DNA of 64,000 nucleotides. Origin: Patescibacteria group bacterium UBA1406. GTDB taxonomy: Bacteria > Patescibacteriota > Microgenomatia > UBA1406. The position numbers and the translations under genes are program-made. Each line of letters opens with the position of its first letter. Position 1 is the first letter of the stretch. This document shows, one piece after another, positions 7,941 through 17,986 of the stretch. The stretch spans positions 46,653 through 110,652 of the forward strand of contig DBQA01000007.1 of NCBI GenBank assembly GCA_002305675.1. The letters are read 5' to 3'. The notes below the pieces were generated by a model. That model was not told the origin of the DNA and searched no databases. It was given only the letters and a program-made list of their open reading frames with translations.

Positions 7941-9209
7941 ATGTTGAACAAAAGATCCGTTGCTGCTGTAGACGGTTCCACTTTTGGCCGCAAGTTTGTC
8001 AAGCCTCTTTACGGTTCCTATTGTTTTTCGCGTATCCCCGACACTATCCGGCTCCTCTTGACCGGGCAAGCAGACCATCCTCTCCCTGCCGATACCATAC
8101 CCCCGGACCTCCGTTCCAAAAAAGTACTTTTTCTTTTTATAGACAGTTTCGGATGGAAGTTTTGGAATGAACACCACCAAAAATATCCTTTCCTGAAAAG
8201 GTTCCTGGATAAAGGGATCGTCTCTAAGCTGACCAGTCAGTTCCCGTCAACCACCTCTGCCCATGTCACCACGATACATACGGGGCTTCCAGTTGGAGAA
8301 AGCGGACTTTTCGAGTGGTACTACTACGAACCAAGGCTTGATACCGTCATCGCTCCCCTGCTGTTTTCCTTCGCCGGTGATAAGGAAAGGGAGAATCTAA
8401 GGTCGACCGGCATCGACCCGAAAGAGATATATCCGAAACAGACTTTTTACAACACTTTGAAGAAAGCAGGGGTAAGCTCATACGTGTTCCAGTATGCTGG
8501 CTATACCCCCTCCCCATTTTCCGATACCGTTTTCGACGGGGCCACCGGAGTCATGCCCTACCGAAGCTTGGCCCACAGCCTGACCTTATTGACCCAGACC
8601 ATCAAAGAAACAAAAGGTCCGAGCTATTATTTTTATTACTACGATTACATAGATGGCGCAGGGCATAATGAAGGCCCGGGTTCACCAACTCATCTCGCGG
8701 AGATCCACAACCTGTTCACGGAACTGGAAGAACTTCTATATAACGGGATCAAAAAAGAGAAGGGTCTTACTATATTGCTCAGCGCCGACCACGGCATGGC
8801 CGACACCGACCCCGTGACCACCTATTATCTGAACAGTAAACTCCCCCGCATCACTTCATGCATGAGGCAAAACTCCCAAGGCCAACTGCTGGCCCCTGCC
8901 GGATCTGCCCGGGACATGTTCCTGTATATCAAGGAGAAGGATGTTCCCGGGACGGTTTCACACCTCAGGCAGGAGTTGAACGGAAAGGCAGAGGTCCATG
9001 AGGTTGAAAAACTAATGTCAGCAGGTTTTTTCGGCCCCCAGATCTCGACGGATTTCAAAAATAGGGTCGGGAATGTGGTCATCCTGCCTTACAATCATGA
9101 AACCGTCTGGTGGTATGAGGAGGACAAATTCGCCATGAGGTATTATGGCCATCATGGCGGACTGACAAGAGAAGAGATGGAGATCCCATTCTTGAGTATT
9201 TCTTTGTGA
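7941..9209 (+). CDS. alkaline-phosphatase-superfamily protein (type I phosphodiesterase / nucleotide pyrophosphatase-like)
   Basis: Metal and nucleophile motifs FIDSFGW, PSTTSAHVTTIHTG, DYIDGAGHNEGP, SADHGM and GHHGGLTREEMEIPF. Confidence 0.8.
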   Translation: MLNKRSVAAVDGSTFGRKFVKPLYGSYCFSRIPDTIRLLLTGQADHPLPADTIPPDLRSKKVLFLFIDSFGWKFWNEHHQKYPFLKRFLDKGIVSKLTSQFPSTTSAHVTTIHTGLPVGESGLFEWYYYEPRLDTVIAPLLFSFAGDKERENLRSTGIDPKEIYPKQTFYNTLKKAGVSSYVFQYAGYTPSPFSDTVFDGATGVMPYRSLAHSLTLLTQTIKETKGPSYYFYYYDYIDGAGHNEGPGSPTHLAEIHNLFTELEELLYNGIKKEKGLTILLSADHGMADTDPVTTYYLNSKLPRITSCMRQNSQGQLLAPAGSARDMFLYIKEKDVPGTVSHLRQELNGKAEVHEVEKLMSAGFFGPQISTDFKNRVGNVVILPYNHETVWWYEEDKFAMRYYGHHGGLTREEMEIPFLSISL

Positions 9210-9213
9210 GCCG

Positions 9214-10191
9214 TTATTTATGGCTCTTGCCGTTGCCGTTATATCCCAGGGAAGCCAGGTGGTCTATCAGTCCCATCAGCCGGTAGGCCGGGTCGATCAG
9301 GTCGTGGACAGTGCAACCGTTCTTTGGCCGGTCATGGCGGTGTATCTCCAAAATGTGGGAGAAGGAGTCTAGCAATCCGCCGCCTGTCACTTCAGGGTAA
9401 TCCCTGTCCAGGTTCGCCAGAACATATTGGGCATCGGCTTGGGTGGCATCCCGGTAAACGGTATCCATGAGAGGTGCCCGGACCGCTGAGAGCATGGAAT
9501 TCTTATACTTCCTCAGAAGATATTCCGGCGGCATGGTATTAATGTTCAGAGCAAGTTCTGCCGAGGTTCTTTCTATCATCCACCTCGCCATATCAAGCCC
9601 TCTTGGGTACAGATCATCCGAAGGATCAATATTGATGAATTGCTTCTCGCCAACCAGGGGAACCGAAGCTTGCAGAAGCCGAGTCGCCAATCGATCCGGT
9701 TCCCGACGGAAGTAGTTCGGATACGAATGATAATACAAGAGGTGGAGAGGCAGAAAATGGTCGCCCGTTTCCCTGCCTGACTGCCTCTTCATCGTGGACT
9801 GCATCTCCCGCATGCCGATAAAACGGATCTCCTCTTCCCTGGCCACTTCGGTGAAAGCCAGGGGTACTATTCCAGTATCCTCCATAAAAATATGGTTGAA
9901 GCTGTGCAGTTCCCTCAGGAAGGAAAAATAAGCATTGGGGTCTTTTAGCCGCTCGCTGACCACCATCAGGTCGAAATCGCTCCCCACCCTCAAGGTTTTG
10001 CCGTTCACATTGTCGCTGGCGGATGAGCCGGCGACCAGCACACTCGCTTCAGGGTCGTAATAAGGGGCAGAGGGTTCAAGGAACCTTTGCGAGACCGGGC
10101 CGGCTACAGCAATGAGATAGGCCCTGATCTTGTTGAACCTTTCCGTCTGGAGGTGTCTTTCCTGTGCATGCTTGCTTTCAGTTGTCGCCAT
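9214..10191 (-). CDS. putative Pol-beta-superfamily nucleotidyltransferase-fold protein with an uncharacterised helical C-terminal domain
   Basis: LVAGSSASDNVNGKTLRVGSDFDLMVV matches the G[SG]-x(n)-[DE]h[DE]h minimal NTase motif. I do not recognise the rest. Confidence 0.45.
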   Translation of the reverse strand: MATTESKHAQERHLQTERFNKIRAYLIAVAGPVSQRFLEPSAPYYDPEASVLVAGSSASDNVNGKTLRVGSDFDLMVVSERLKDPNAYFSFLRELHSFNHIFMEDTGIVPLAFTEVAREEEIRFIGMREMQSTMKRQSGRETGDHFLPLHLLYYHSYPNYFRREPDRLATRLLQASVPLVGEKQFINIDPSDDLYPRGLDMARWMIERTSAELALNINTMPPEYLLRKYKNSMLSAVRAPLMDTVYRDATQADAQYVLANLDRDYPEVTGGGLLDSFSHILEIHRHDRPKNGCTVHDLIDPAYRLMGLIDHLASLGYNGNGKSHK

Positions 10192-10202
10192 TTTAGACCA
10201 TG

Positions 10203-10225
10203 AAAAAACCCCGCTTTTGGCGGGG
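10203..10225 (-). terminator. intrinsic terminator (second of two after pnp), 11 nt upstream of the NTase-like gene ATG
   Basis: On the minus strand CCCCGC-CAAAA-GCGGGG is followed by TTTTTT. Confidence 0.6.
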
Positions 10226-10310
10226 TGTTAAATCAAGAGTTTTTTGACCCTTGGTTTATTAACAATTAAGTCCTTGCAAGAACCCATTAGTTTTTAAGCC
10301 CTTAATACTT

Positions 10311-10339
10311 AAAAAAATACTCCAGTTGCTTGGAGTATT
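10311..10339 (-). terminator. intrinsic terminator of the rpsO-pnp operon
   Basis: A 9-bp perfect stem AATACTCCA/TGGAGTATT (10316-10324 / 10331-10339) with a 6-nt loop, followed by a T-run on the minus strand. It lies about 60 nt after the pnp stop. Confidence 0.7.
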
Positions 10340-10398
10340 GTGCGAGAAATCACAATCCTTATTAGTTTACCAAAAATCCGTCGCTTGTCAAAGGAAAT

Positions 10399-12486
10399 TT
10401 AGATCTTCTCGATCAATCTTAGCTTCATCCTGCCGCGATCATCTATCTCGTCTATCTCCACTTTGGCCCTGTCGCCCACGGAAAAGACCGTGCTCACGTC
10501 CTTGACAAAACCCATGCCCATCCTGGTCACGTGCAGAAGCCCTTCCTTGCCCGGCGCGATCTCCACGATGGCGCCGAAAGCGAGCACCTTGATAACCTCC
10601 CCCTCATAGGCTTCCCCCTGTTTGTAGACTTTGCTAATGCTCTGGATCCGACTTACAGCCTTTTCCACGGCCACCGGGTCGATACCTGACACGGACACCT
10701 TGCCGTCCTCGCCGACATTGATCTCGCAACCGGTTTCCGCCACCAGCTTCTTGATGTTCTTGCCTCCCGGTCCGATTATTTCACCGATCTTCTCTTCCGG
10801 CGGGGTGAGCATCACCACTCTCGGGGCGTACTTGGACAGCTCTTTCCTGGGTTGGGAGATGGCCTTGTTCATGACATCCAGGATCTTTTCTCTGGCCACC
10901 TTGGCTCTTTTAAGCGCTTCTGTAACCATCTCGTCGTTCAGTCCTTCATACTTGACGTCCAGCTGGATGGCAGTAACACCATGCCTGGTGCCCGTTACCT
11001 TGAAGTCCATCTCGCCGAAAAAGTCCTCTATCCCGAGAATGTCCGTCAGGAGCTCATATTTCTGGTCCGACTCTCTCACTATGCCGATGGCGATACCAGC
11101 CACCTGCTCCTTGATGGGAACGCCCGCATCCATCAGCGCCAAGCTTGAGCCGCAAGTAGAGGCCATACTGGTGGAGCCGTTCGAGGACAGAACTTCGGAC
11201 ACCACTCTCACCGTATAAGGGAATTTGTCCTCGCTCGGCAGCACAGGTTCGATGGCCTTTTCCGCTAACGCTCCGTGCCCGATCTCCCGCCTGGACGGGA
11301 AACCCACCCGGCCGGTCTCACCGACAGAATAAGGAGGCATGAAGTAATGATGGATATATCTTTTCAGGAACTCGCCTTCCGGCACCTCTATCCACTGTTG
11401 CAGGGACAGGGGCCCCAAGGTGGCTATGGACAGCACCTGGGTGGCACCCCTCGTAAAGATGGCCGATCCGTGGGTGCGGGGCAATACTCCGACCTCGGCG
11501 CTCAACGACCTGACCTCATCAAAGGCCCTGCCATCTACACGCTCTTTTTTCTCCAAGACCTTGTGCCTCATCAGCTTCTTGAAGATCAGGGCAAATACCT
11601 TCTGCACCTCCTTGTCGTCGACGTTGAACTCCTCTTTGATAAGATCCTTCAGATCATCCTTGTCGGAACTTGAGCTTTCCTTGTCCGACATCTCTTCCAG
11701 TGTGCCCAGGAACTGCTTCTGGTATTTTTTCAGGATATCGTTGACGAGCTTTTTCCGGTCCGTATTCTCAACCGCCGCTTCGGGTTTGACCTTCAACTCT
11801 TTCCTTAGCTCCTCAAAGACGGTGATGACTTTGGCTGCTTCCTCCCTGGCCCGCCTGATGGCTTCGGTGACCTTGGCTTCCTCGACTTCTTCACCCTTGG
11901 CTTCCAGCATGACTACCTTGTCCTTGGTGCTCGAGACTGTCAGTTCGAAATCCGAAAGATCCTCCTCTTCGGTGGTCGGGTTGAGAACAAAGTGGCTCTC
12001 GCCGTCACCGTTCTCCTTCAAAAGCCCGAGCCTGACCGTGGCGATGGGTCCGTTCCACGGGATAGGACATAAAGCCAAAGCGCAGCCGGTAGACAGGGCG
12101 GCAGTTGTCTCCGGGGAGTTGACGCCGTCGACCGACAATATAGTATTGATAATCTGCACCTCCCGGCGATAGTCCTCGGAAAAAAGAGGTCTGACCGACC
12201 GGTCGATCAGCCTGGCCGTCAGTATGGCGGCGTCAGTAGGCTTGCCTTCGCGTTTGACCCATCTTGAACCCTTGATCCGGCCGCCGGCGTACAGTTTTTC
12301 GGCATATTCAACGGATAGAGGGAAATAGTCCAGTTCGGTGTTTTCCCGGCCGACGACCACGGTCGTCAGGATGGTGGTCTCGCCGTACTGGGTGATGACG
12401 GATGATGTTGCCTGCCTGGCGACCTCGTTGATACGGAAGGTCAGCTTCCTGCCGGCAAGCTCAATAGTTTTCGTAGTCGAATCCAT
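10399..12486 (-). CDS. pnp: polyribonucleotide nucleotidyltransferase (PNPase)
   Basis: Two RNase PH domains followed by KH (IGEIIGPGGKNIKKL) and S1 (GEVIKVLAFGAIVEI) domains. I prefer ATG 12486 (MDSTTKTIELAGRKLTF), 10 nt after the rpsO stop. Confidence 0.95.
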   Translation of the reverse strand: MDSTTKTIELAGRKLTFRINEVARQATSSVITQYGETTILTTVVVGRENTELDYFPLSVEYAEKLYAGGRIKGSRWVKREGKPTDAAILTARLIDRSVRPLFSEDYRREVQIINTILSVDGVNSPETTAALSTGCALALCPIPWNGPIATVRLGLLKENGDGESHFVLNPTTEEEDLSDFELTVSSTKDKVVMLEAKGEEVEEAKVTEAIRRAREEAAKVITVFEELRKELKVKPEAAVENTDRKKLVNDILKKYQKQFLGTLEEMSDKESSSSDKDDLKDLIKEEFNVDDKEVQKVFALIFKKLMRHKVLEKKERVDGRAFDEVRSLSAEVGVLPRTHGSAIFTRGATQVLSIATLGPLSLQQWIEVPEGEFLKRYIHHYFMPPYSVGETGRVGFPSRREIGHGALAEKAIEPVLPSEDKFPYTVRVVSEVLSSNGSTSMASTCGSSLALMDAGVPIKEQVAGIAIGIVRESDQKYELLTDILGIEDFFGEMDFKVTGTRHGVTAIQLDVKYEGLNDEMVTEALKRAKVAREKILDVMNKAISQPRKELSKYAPRVVMLTPPEEKIGEIIGPGGKNIKKLVAETGCEINVGEDGKVSVSGIDPVAVEKAVSRIQSISKVYKQGEAYEGEVIKVLAFGAIVEIAPGKEGLLHVTRMGMGFVKDVSTVFSVGDRAKVEIDEIDDRGRMKLRLIEKI

Positions 12487-12496
12487 GATGTTTAAT

Positions 12497-12892
12497 TTAG
12501 GCTGTTTGGTATTGCTGGATCTTCTTCTCAAGGGTGCTGTACCTGGGTTCATTCTTGTCCTTTAGGTATTTCATGATCCTTCGCCTCTTGGAAACGATCT
12601 TCAAGAGTCCCCTTCGGGAATGGTTATCCTTTATATTCTCTTCCAGGTGCTTCTGCAATTTGAGTATCTTCCAGGTCAGGATGGCCACCTGTACCTCGGG
12701 AGAGCCGGTGTCGCCGGCGTGGGTGGCGAACTCATTGATAATCTTCTGCTTCTCTTCGGCTTCAGGGGCTTCTACCTTCTTTGGGGCAGCCTTAGGCTCT
12801 GCTTTTGCCTCCTTTTTGGCCTCTGTCTTTTTGGGGGCCTTCTTAGTTTCTTTCTTAACAGCGGTTTTTTTGGTTTTCTTTTCTTCTTTCAT
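12497..12892 (-). CDS. rpsO: ribosomal protein S15 with a ~45-aa Lys/Ala/Glu-rich N-terminal extension
   Basis: The C-terminal ~85 aa ([53 protein letters not shown]) is canonical S15. The N-terminus is [39 protein letters not shown]. Confidence 0.9.
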   Translation of the reverse strand: MKEEKKTKKTAVKKETKKAPKKTEAKKEAKAEPKAAPKKVEAPEAEEKQKIINEFATHAGDTGSPEVQVAILTWKILKLQKHLEENIKDNHSRRGLLKIVSKRRRIMKYLKDKNEPRYSTLEKKIQQYQTA

Positions 12893-12900
12893 AGAGGGTT

Positions 12901-12909
12901 ATTATAACA
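12901..12909 (-). promoter_or_regulatory. extended -10 (TGtTATAAT) 8 nt upstream of the rpsO ATG
   Basis: The minus strand reads cTGTTATAATaaccctctATG, directly after the sufU stop. Confidence 0.45.
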
Positions 12910-12917
12910 GAAAAATT

Positions 12918-13280
12918 TTATTTGTTAAGAGAATTTTGGATGGTTTCGATTGGGAGAAGGGCGCATTTCAGGCGGGTGGGGGTCAGTTCCAGTTTCAAAA
13001 TGTCCAAAATATCCTTGGCCGTGAGAGACAGGATCTCGGACTTTTTTTTCCCGGCCAAACGGTCCGACAGGATGCTGGCGGCGGCGATGGAGATGGCACA
13101 CCCCGTCCCCTGGAAATTGATCTTCTCTACCCGTCCATCCCTGACGGTCAGATATGCGGTCAGATTATCCCCGCAAGCCGGATTATATGACCCGGAAGTG
13201 TGTGTGAATTTCGCCGGTACAGAAAAATTACGCGGTTTCTCGAAGTGGCTGAGTATCTCTTCTCGGTATATGTTATTCAT
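12918..13280 (-). CDS. sufU: SufU/IscU-type Fe-S cluster scaffold
   Basis: NPACGD, GTGCAIS and LKCALLP cysteine motifs in 120 aa. Confidence 0.85.
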   Translation of the reverse strand: MNNIYREEILSHFEKPRNFSVPAKFTHTSGSYNPACGDNLTAYLTVRDGRVEKINFQGTGCAISIAAASILSDRLAGKKKSEILSLTAKDILDILKLELTPTRLKCALLPIETIQNSLNK

Positions 13281-13924
13281 TTTGTGTTTTGTCCCTTAAC
13301 TATCCGGTCCTGCAATTCGCTTTGCAGACCGTCTATAACCTTCAAGTCTACACCCAGGCCAACCAGCTTGTCAAAAGCGCCGGTTAAAAAGCCCAAGGAT
13401 AGCATCTCTTCGATCTTCTTCCGGTCCAATCCCCGGCTTTCCAGGTAAAAAACCTGCTCCTCATCCAGATATCCGGTAGTGGCACCGTGAGTACAGAAGA
13501 CCTCGTTGGCCAGGATCTCTAGATTCGGCTCGGACTCGACCATCGAGCCTTGTCCCAGCAGGAGATTCTCATCCCGCTGGTAGGCATGGGACTTTTGCCC
13601 TGAAGGATCTATCTTGATCGTCCCCCGGTAGGCAAACCGGGCATCGTCCGCGACCACCGACTTGCACAGAAGGTCGGAAAATCCTTCCTCTTCCCGGTGG
13701 AGCTGATACGTATTAAGTACAAGGTTGCTCTTCCCCTTTAAGAAGCAGACCGCAATGAAATGCAGCCGGCTTTTCTTGGCTATCTCAAGCGTTATGTCCA
13801 GTTTCCTGTCCCCTGTTTCGAATAAGATGGGAACGAGCAAAACTTTTTCTTGGCCCGGTTCTGTACGATATGTAAACTTGTCCGTGTTATTGATTACTTT
13901 TATTTCTATAGTGGGTTTTTTCAT
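13277..13924 (-). CDS. sufD: short SufD-like Fe-S assembly protein
   Basis: 215 aa with the C-terminal SufBD motif ...[24 protein letters not shown].... It overlaps its neighbours by 4 nt. Confidence 0.75.
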   Translation of the reverse strand: MKKPTIEIKVINNTDKFTYRTEPGQEKVLLVPILFETGDRKLDITLEIAKKSRLHFIAVCFLKGKSNLVLNTYQLHREEEGFSDLLCKSVVADDARFAYRGTIKIDPSGQKSHAYQRDENLLLGQGSMVESEPNLEILANEVFCTHGATTGYLDEEQVFYLESRGLDRKKIEEMLSLGFLTGAFDKLVGLGVDLKVIDGLQSELQDRIVKGQNTK

Positions 13925-15312
13925 CCCACGCTCCCTTCCATCTCCATGGTAATCAGTCTGTTCATCTCCACCGCATATTCGAGGGGCAACTCCTTGATCA
14001 CCGACTCCAGGAACCCGTTAACGATCAGGGCCTCTGCCCTTTCCTTCTTGATACCCCGTGAGGTGAGGTAGAAAATCTGCTCCTCCCCTATTTTGGAGAC
14101 CGTCGCCTCATGTTCCACCCTGACCTTCTTTTCGTCGATGCGCATGGTGGGATAGGTATCTGACCTTGATGCGGGATCAAGTATCAAAGCATCGCAGACC
14201 ACTTTTGTCTTTGAACCGGCAGCTCCTTTCCGGATATAGTTCAGCCCCCGATAGGAGGTCCTGCCCCCTCCCTTGGCAATGGATTTGGAGATGATTCGGG
14301 AGCTTGTGTTGGGGGCGAGATGGATCATCTTGGCCCCGGCGTCCTGGTGCTGGCCGTTTCCGGCATAGGCGATGGACAGGACCTCACCCTTGGCGCCCTC
14401 TCCCATCAGGTGACAGCTTGGATACTTCATGGTCACCCGGGAACCCAGGTTGCCGTCTATCCACTGCATAGCCCCGTTCGCCTCCACCCTGGCGCGCTTG
14501 GTCACCAGGTTATAGACGTTCGGGCTCCAGTTTTGGATGGTGGTGTAGCGCACCTTAGCACCCTTCTTGACATATATCTCCACCACCGCGGCATGCAGTG
14601 AGGAAGTGGAATATATTGGGGCGCTGCATCCCTCCACATAATGCACGGAACTGCCTTCTTCGGCCACTATCAGTGTCCGCTCGAACTGGCCCATGTTCTG
14701 GGCGTTGATCCGGAAATAAGCCTGCAAGGGCATGGCCACCTTGACGTTCTTGGGCACATAGACAAAACTGCCTCCGGACCAAACGGCGGTGTTGAGGGCG
14801 GCGAACTTATTGTCTCCGGCCGGGATCAGCTTGCCGAAGTATTCCCGGAAGATCTCAGGATATTTTTGCAGGGCAGAGTCCGTATCCAAAAAGATCACTC
14901 CCCGCTGGGTCAGATTCTCCTGAATGGACTTGTAAAGGACCTCGGATTCGTACTGGGCGGACACGCCGGCCAGGAACTTTTTCTCCGCCTCCGGGATGCC
15001 CAGGTAGTCGTATGTTCTCTTGATGTCCTCGGGCAGGTCCTCCCACTTACTGGCCTGGTCGGCTTCCGGCTTTAAATAATAGTAAATATTGTTGAAATCT
15101 ATTCCCGATAAATCCGCCCCCCAGCGAGGCATTTTTTTTTGCGTGTATATCTCCAAGGCTTTGAGCCTATATTCCCTCATCCAGGCGGGTTCGTTCTTTC
15201 GGGTTGATATTTCTCTGACTAATTTTTCTGTGAGTCCTTTTTGCGGAACATAGGCGTACTTGCTTTTGGTGCTGAATTTCCACTGCTTTGTGTGAGTGTC
15301 CTCAATTTGCAT
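13921..15312 (-). CDS. sufB: Fe-S cluster assembly protein SufB
   Basis: Conserved SufB blocks ([44 protein letters not shown]). I prefer ATG 15312 (MQIEDTH), 13 nt after the sufC stop. Confidence 0.93.
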   Translation of the reverse strand: MQIEDTHTKQWKFSTKSKYAYVPQKGLTEKLVREISTRKNEPAWMREYRLKALEIYTQKKMPRWGADLSGIDFNNIYYYLKPEADQASKWEDLPEDIKRTYDYLGIPEAEKKFLAGVSAQYESEVLYKSIQENLTQRGVIFLDTDSALQKYPEIFREYFGKLIPAGDNKFAALNTAVWSGGSFVYVPKNVKVAMPLQAYFRINAQNMGQFERTLIVAEEGSSVHYVEGCSAPIYSTSSLHAAVVEIYVKKGAKVRYTTIQNWSPNVYNLVTKRARVEANGAMQWIDGNLGSRVTMKYPSCHLMGEGAKGEVLSIAYAGNGQHQDAGAKMIHLAPNTSSRIISKSIAKGGGRTSYRGLNYIRKGAAGSKTKVVCDALILDPASRSDTYPTMRIDEKKVRVEHEATVSKIGEEQIFYLTSRGIKKERAEALIVNGFLESVIKELPLEYAVEMNRLITMEMEGSVG

Positions 15313-15325
15313 TTTGTATATTTTA

Positions 15326-16042
15326 CTACACAAAATGCCCGTAACCCTTGTTTTCGATCTCTTTAACCAAACTCTTACCACCCTCTTTCACTATCTTTCC
15401 CCCGTTCATGACGAGCACCTTGTCCACGTCCAAAAACTCCACCAGCCGGTGGTAATGGGTGATAATGAGAACGCCTTTTCTGTCGGCCTTTAGTTCGTTG
15501 ATGAGATCAGCTATCTTTTTGAGAGCGTCCACATCCAGGCCGGTATCGATCTCGTCAAAGACGACATATTTTTTGGCCAGAAAATAGGCCTGCACCATCT
15601 CTATCTTTTTCTTTTCCCCGCCTGAGAAGCCGTCGTTCAGACCGCGGATCAGAAGACTTTCGGCAAAGTTCAGCTCTTTGGCGAACTGCCTGAGCTTCCG
15701 GATGAATTCACCCGGCTGCTTCTCTGCCTCCGGGCTTATCTCCCTCAAGAGCTTGGTCAGACTGACACCAGGCACACTGACCGGATTCTGGAAGGCCAGA
15801 AACAGCCCCTTTTCGGCACGCTCGTTAGGCGCCAGGCCGGTGACATCTTCATTGTCAATTTCAATGGTACCGGCAGTTATCTCGTATTGGGGGTTGCCGG
15901 CCAGGGCGCTCGCCAGGGTGGATTTGCCGGAGCCGTTCGGTCCCATCAGGATGACCGTTTCCCCCCTCCTCACCTTCAGGGACACTCCTTTGACAATGGT
16001 CTCGTTTTGGTAACTGATGCGAAGGCTGTTAAGTTCGAGCAT
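15326..16042 (-). CDS. sufC: Fe-S cluster assembly ATPase SufC
   Basis: Walker [13 protein letters not shown] signature FSGGEKKK and Walker [13 protein letters not shown] prefer ATG 16042 ([11 protein letters not shown]). Confidence 0.93.
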   Translation of the reverse strand: MLELNSLRISYQNETIVKGVSLKVRRGETVILMGPNGSGKSTLASALAGNPQYEITAGTIEIDNEDVTGLAPNERAEKGLFLAFQNPVSVPGVSLTKLLREISPEAEKQPGEFIRKLRQFAKELNFAESLLIRGLNDGFSGGEKKKIEMVQAYFLAKKYVVFDEIDTGLDVDALKKIADLINELKADRKGVLIITHYHRLVEFLDVDKVLVMNGGKIVKEGGKSLVKEIENKGYGHFV

Positions 16043-17174
16043 AGTGTATGTTCTCGGCAACGAGTGCTTTCAGCCTGTCCTTGAAGCTTTCCACGCTGAA
16101 CCTCTTGGCCATATTGAAGGCATTCCGGGAAAGAGCGGCATAATCCGATTTCTCCAGTTTCCGGACCGCCTGGGCAAACCCCTGCGGGTCCAGTCTGTCG
16201 ACCAGGTATCCGTTCACGCCTTCGCTGACCGTTTCCTTCAGTCCGCCGCTCTTATAGGCGATGACCGGGATACCATACATCATGGCCTCTACCGGCGCTA
16301 TCCCAAACTCCTCATCCTGTGAGGCGAACAGGAATCCCTTGGCACCCAGATACAGCCTGGACAGCTCTATGTCCGATATCTCCCCCGTAAAGACCACGTT
16401 CTTCTTGCCTAATTTTTTCAGGTCGGCATATTCCTTACCGCCGCCGACAATATAGAGACTTATACCGAGTTTGTTCGCCGCTTCCACCAGGATCTCGACG
16501 TGCTTGGGCTTAGACAGTCGATTGACGTTGATATAGTAACCCTTGGTCACCTTCTGCTTTTCTACAAGCTTGACCTTCGGGTCCCTGACGGGAGGATAGA
16601 TGACCGTCGCCTCGCGTCGGTAATACTTCTGGATCCTCCTTCTGGTTTCCTCGGAGTTCGCGACCAGGATATCCGGCCGTTGCGAGCCCAAAAAATCCCA
16701 CATTCTAAGGGGCGTCCCCACCGCATATCCGTAGAGCCGCTTCAGGACGTTCGACTGCCAATCCGCCGGCGTCTCGTAATAAGTAAGAAATTTGTTCTGG
16801 TGGTGGATATAAGAAATATGCAGCGTTTCCGGTCGGGTGATGACCCCCTTGCACATGAACCAACCCGAAGAGGACAGCACCAGATCGTAGTCGGACAGGT
16901 CAAAGCTCTCCCAGATATAGGGCGTCAAAAACCTGAAGGGTGAAGGGTAATCTTTTACCACCGGGATCTGGCCGAACCAGGACAGATGGAACCGCCAGTC
17001 CTTGAGCCGGTACCAGTGTATCTTCATCCGTTTCTTGTTCACGAGGGCGGTATAGACGTGGGAAGCGGGAAAAAGGTCATGGATGGCCTCGGCCACCCTC
17101 TCCGCCCCACCGTACTCCTGGAAGAAGTCATGCACCAGCGCTACCTTAAGTTTTGACAGGTCTTTGTTTTTCAT
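16029..17174 (-). CDS. GT4-family glycosyltransferase
   Basis: KVALVHDFFQEYGGAERV at the N-terminus and ...EEFGIAPVEAMMYGIPVIA (the EX7E region). The track ORF is over-extended; the ATG at 17174 removes the overlap-derived junk. Confidence 0.8.
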   Translation of the reverse strand: MKNKDLSKLKVALVHDFFQEYGGAERVAEAIHDLFPASHVYTALVNKKRMKIHWYRLKDWRFHLSWFGQIPVVKDYPSPFRFLTPYIWESFDLSDYDLVLSSSGWFMCKGVITRPETLHISYIHHQNKFLTYYETPADWQSNVLKRLYGYAVGTPLRMWDFLGSQRPDILVANSEETRRRIQKYYRREATVIYPPVRDPKVKLVEKQKVTKGYYINVNRLSKPKHVEILVEAANKLGISLYIVGGGKEYADLKKLGKKNVVFTGEISDIELSRLYLGAKGFLFASQDEEFGIAPVEAMMYGIPVIAYKSGGLKETVSEGVNGYLVDRLDPQGFAQAVRKLEKSDYAALSRNAFNMAKRFSVESFKDRLKALVAENIHYART

Positions 17175-17931
17175 ATAGTTTAATGTATATCGCCCAGAAC
17201 CTGATGGCCGAAAAAAGGGAAAAGACAAAACCGGCGAAACCGTCCCGGAAACCCTTGTGCCTGAAATAGGTTGACAGGAACCATAGTTTGGGCCTGATAA
17301 CAAAATAGTCCAGGAAAAGCCAGCCCCCTGGCCGCTTTCCTTCCTGGGCAAGAAGGGCCGCCTCCAGGTCGCAATATCTGTCCCATTTATTGAGATATTC
17401 ACTGAAGTCTGGATATGGATAGTGGTAAAGGTCCTCTCCCAGACGGGCTGTTTCACCCTCTATTTCCACCTGTTCGTGCACCGACCGGCAAGGGAATTTG
17501 GCCGCGCCGTTCCGGTAGAACCTGATAGTATAGTCCGGGTACTGCCCGCCTTTCCTCAGGGGTTTACCCAGGAAATAGTTCAGCCTGGGGATCCAGTATG
17601 CGGTAGCAGAAGGATTTTCAATGATATGGATGATTTCTGTTTTCAGCTTGGGTGAGACTTCCTCGTCGGCGTCAAGCTGCAGGACCCACTCGCCCTCGGC
17701 CTTCTCAATGGCCTTTTGCTTGTTGAGGTGGAACATGGGCGGATTTCCCACGCGGTAGACCCTGACCTTTTTTCCGTATGACCTCCCTATCTCGGCCGTC
17801 CGGTCAGTGGAGGACCCATCCACGATTACCACTTCATCGGCCCAGTCTATCACCGAATCCAAACAGCGACCGATATTCTGTTCCTCATTGTGGGTAGCTA
17901 TGCAAACCGACAGCTTTTTGGCCCTTGGCAT
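17146..17931 (-). CDS. GT2-family glycosyltransferase
   Basis: LSVCIATHNEEQNIGRCLDSV...VVIVDGSSTDRT...LQLDADEEV (GT2 DxD-type motifs). Confidence 0.85.
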   Translation of the reverse strand: MPRAKKLSVCIATHNEEQNIGRCLDSVIDWADEVVIVDGSSTDRTAEIGRSYGKKVRVYRVGNPPMFHLNKQKAIEKAEGEWVLQLDADEEVSPKLKTEIIHIIENPSATAYWIPRLNYFLGKPLRKGGQYPDYTIRFYRNGAAKFPCRSVHEQVEIEGETARLGEDLYHYPYPDFSEYLNKWDRYCDLEAALLAQEGKRPGGWLFLDYFVIRPKLWFLSTYFRHKGFRDGFAGFVFSLFSAIRFWAIYIKLYEKQRPVKT

Positions 17932-17986
17932 GTGTATATTATACCTGAATTATACCATTAAATAGGTGTGATATACTACATCTATC

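Noticed and set aside
10226-10310. A small RNA gene between the two terminators downstream of pnp.
   Set aside because: I could not identify a convincing promoter. TTGCAA is present, but no properly spaced -10 follows. Tandem terminators are a simpler explanation.
10631-12565. Plus-strand ORFs overlapping pnp (10631-11218, 11420-12172 and others).
   Set aside because: Antisense shadows of a well-supported PNPase gene, with no recognisable motifs.
17175-17456. The N-terminal 94 codons of track ORF 16029-17456.
   Set aside because: They overlap the 3' end of the GT2 gene in another frame. GT4 homology begins at MKNKDLSKLKVALVHDF (ATG 17174).
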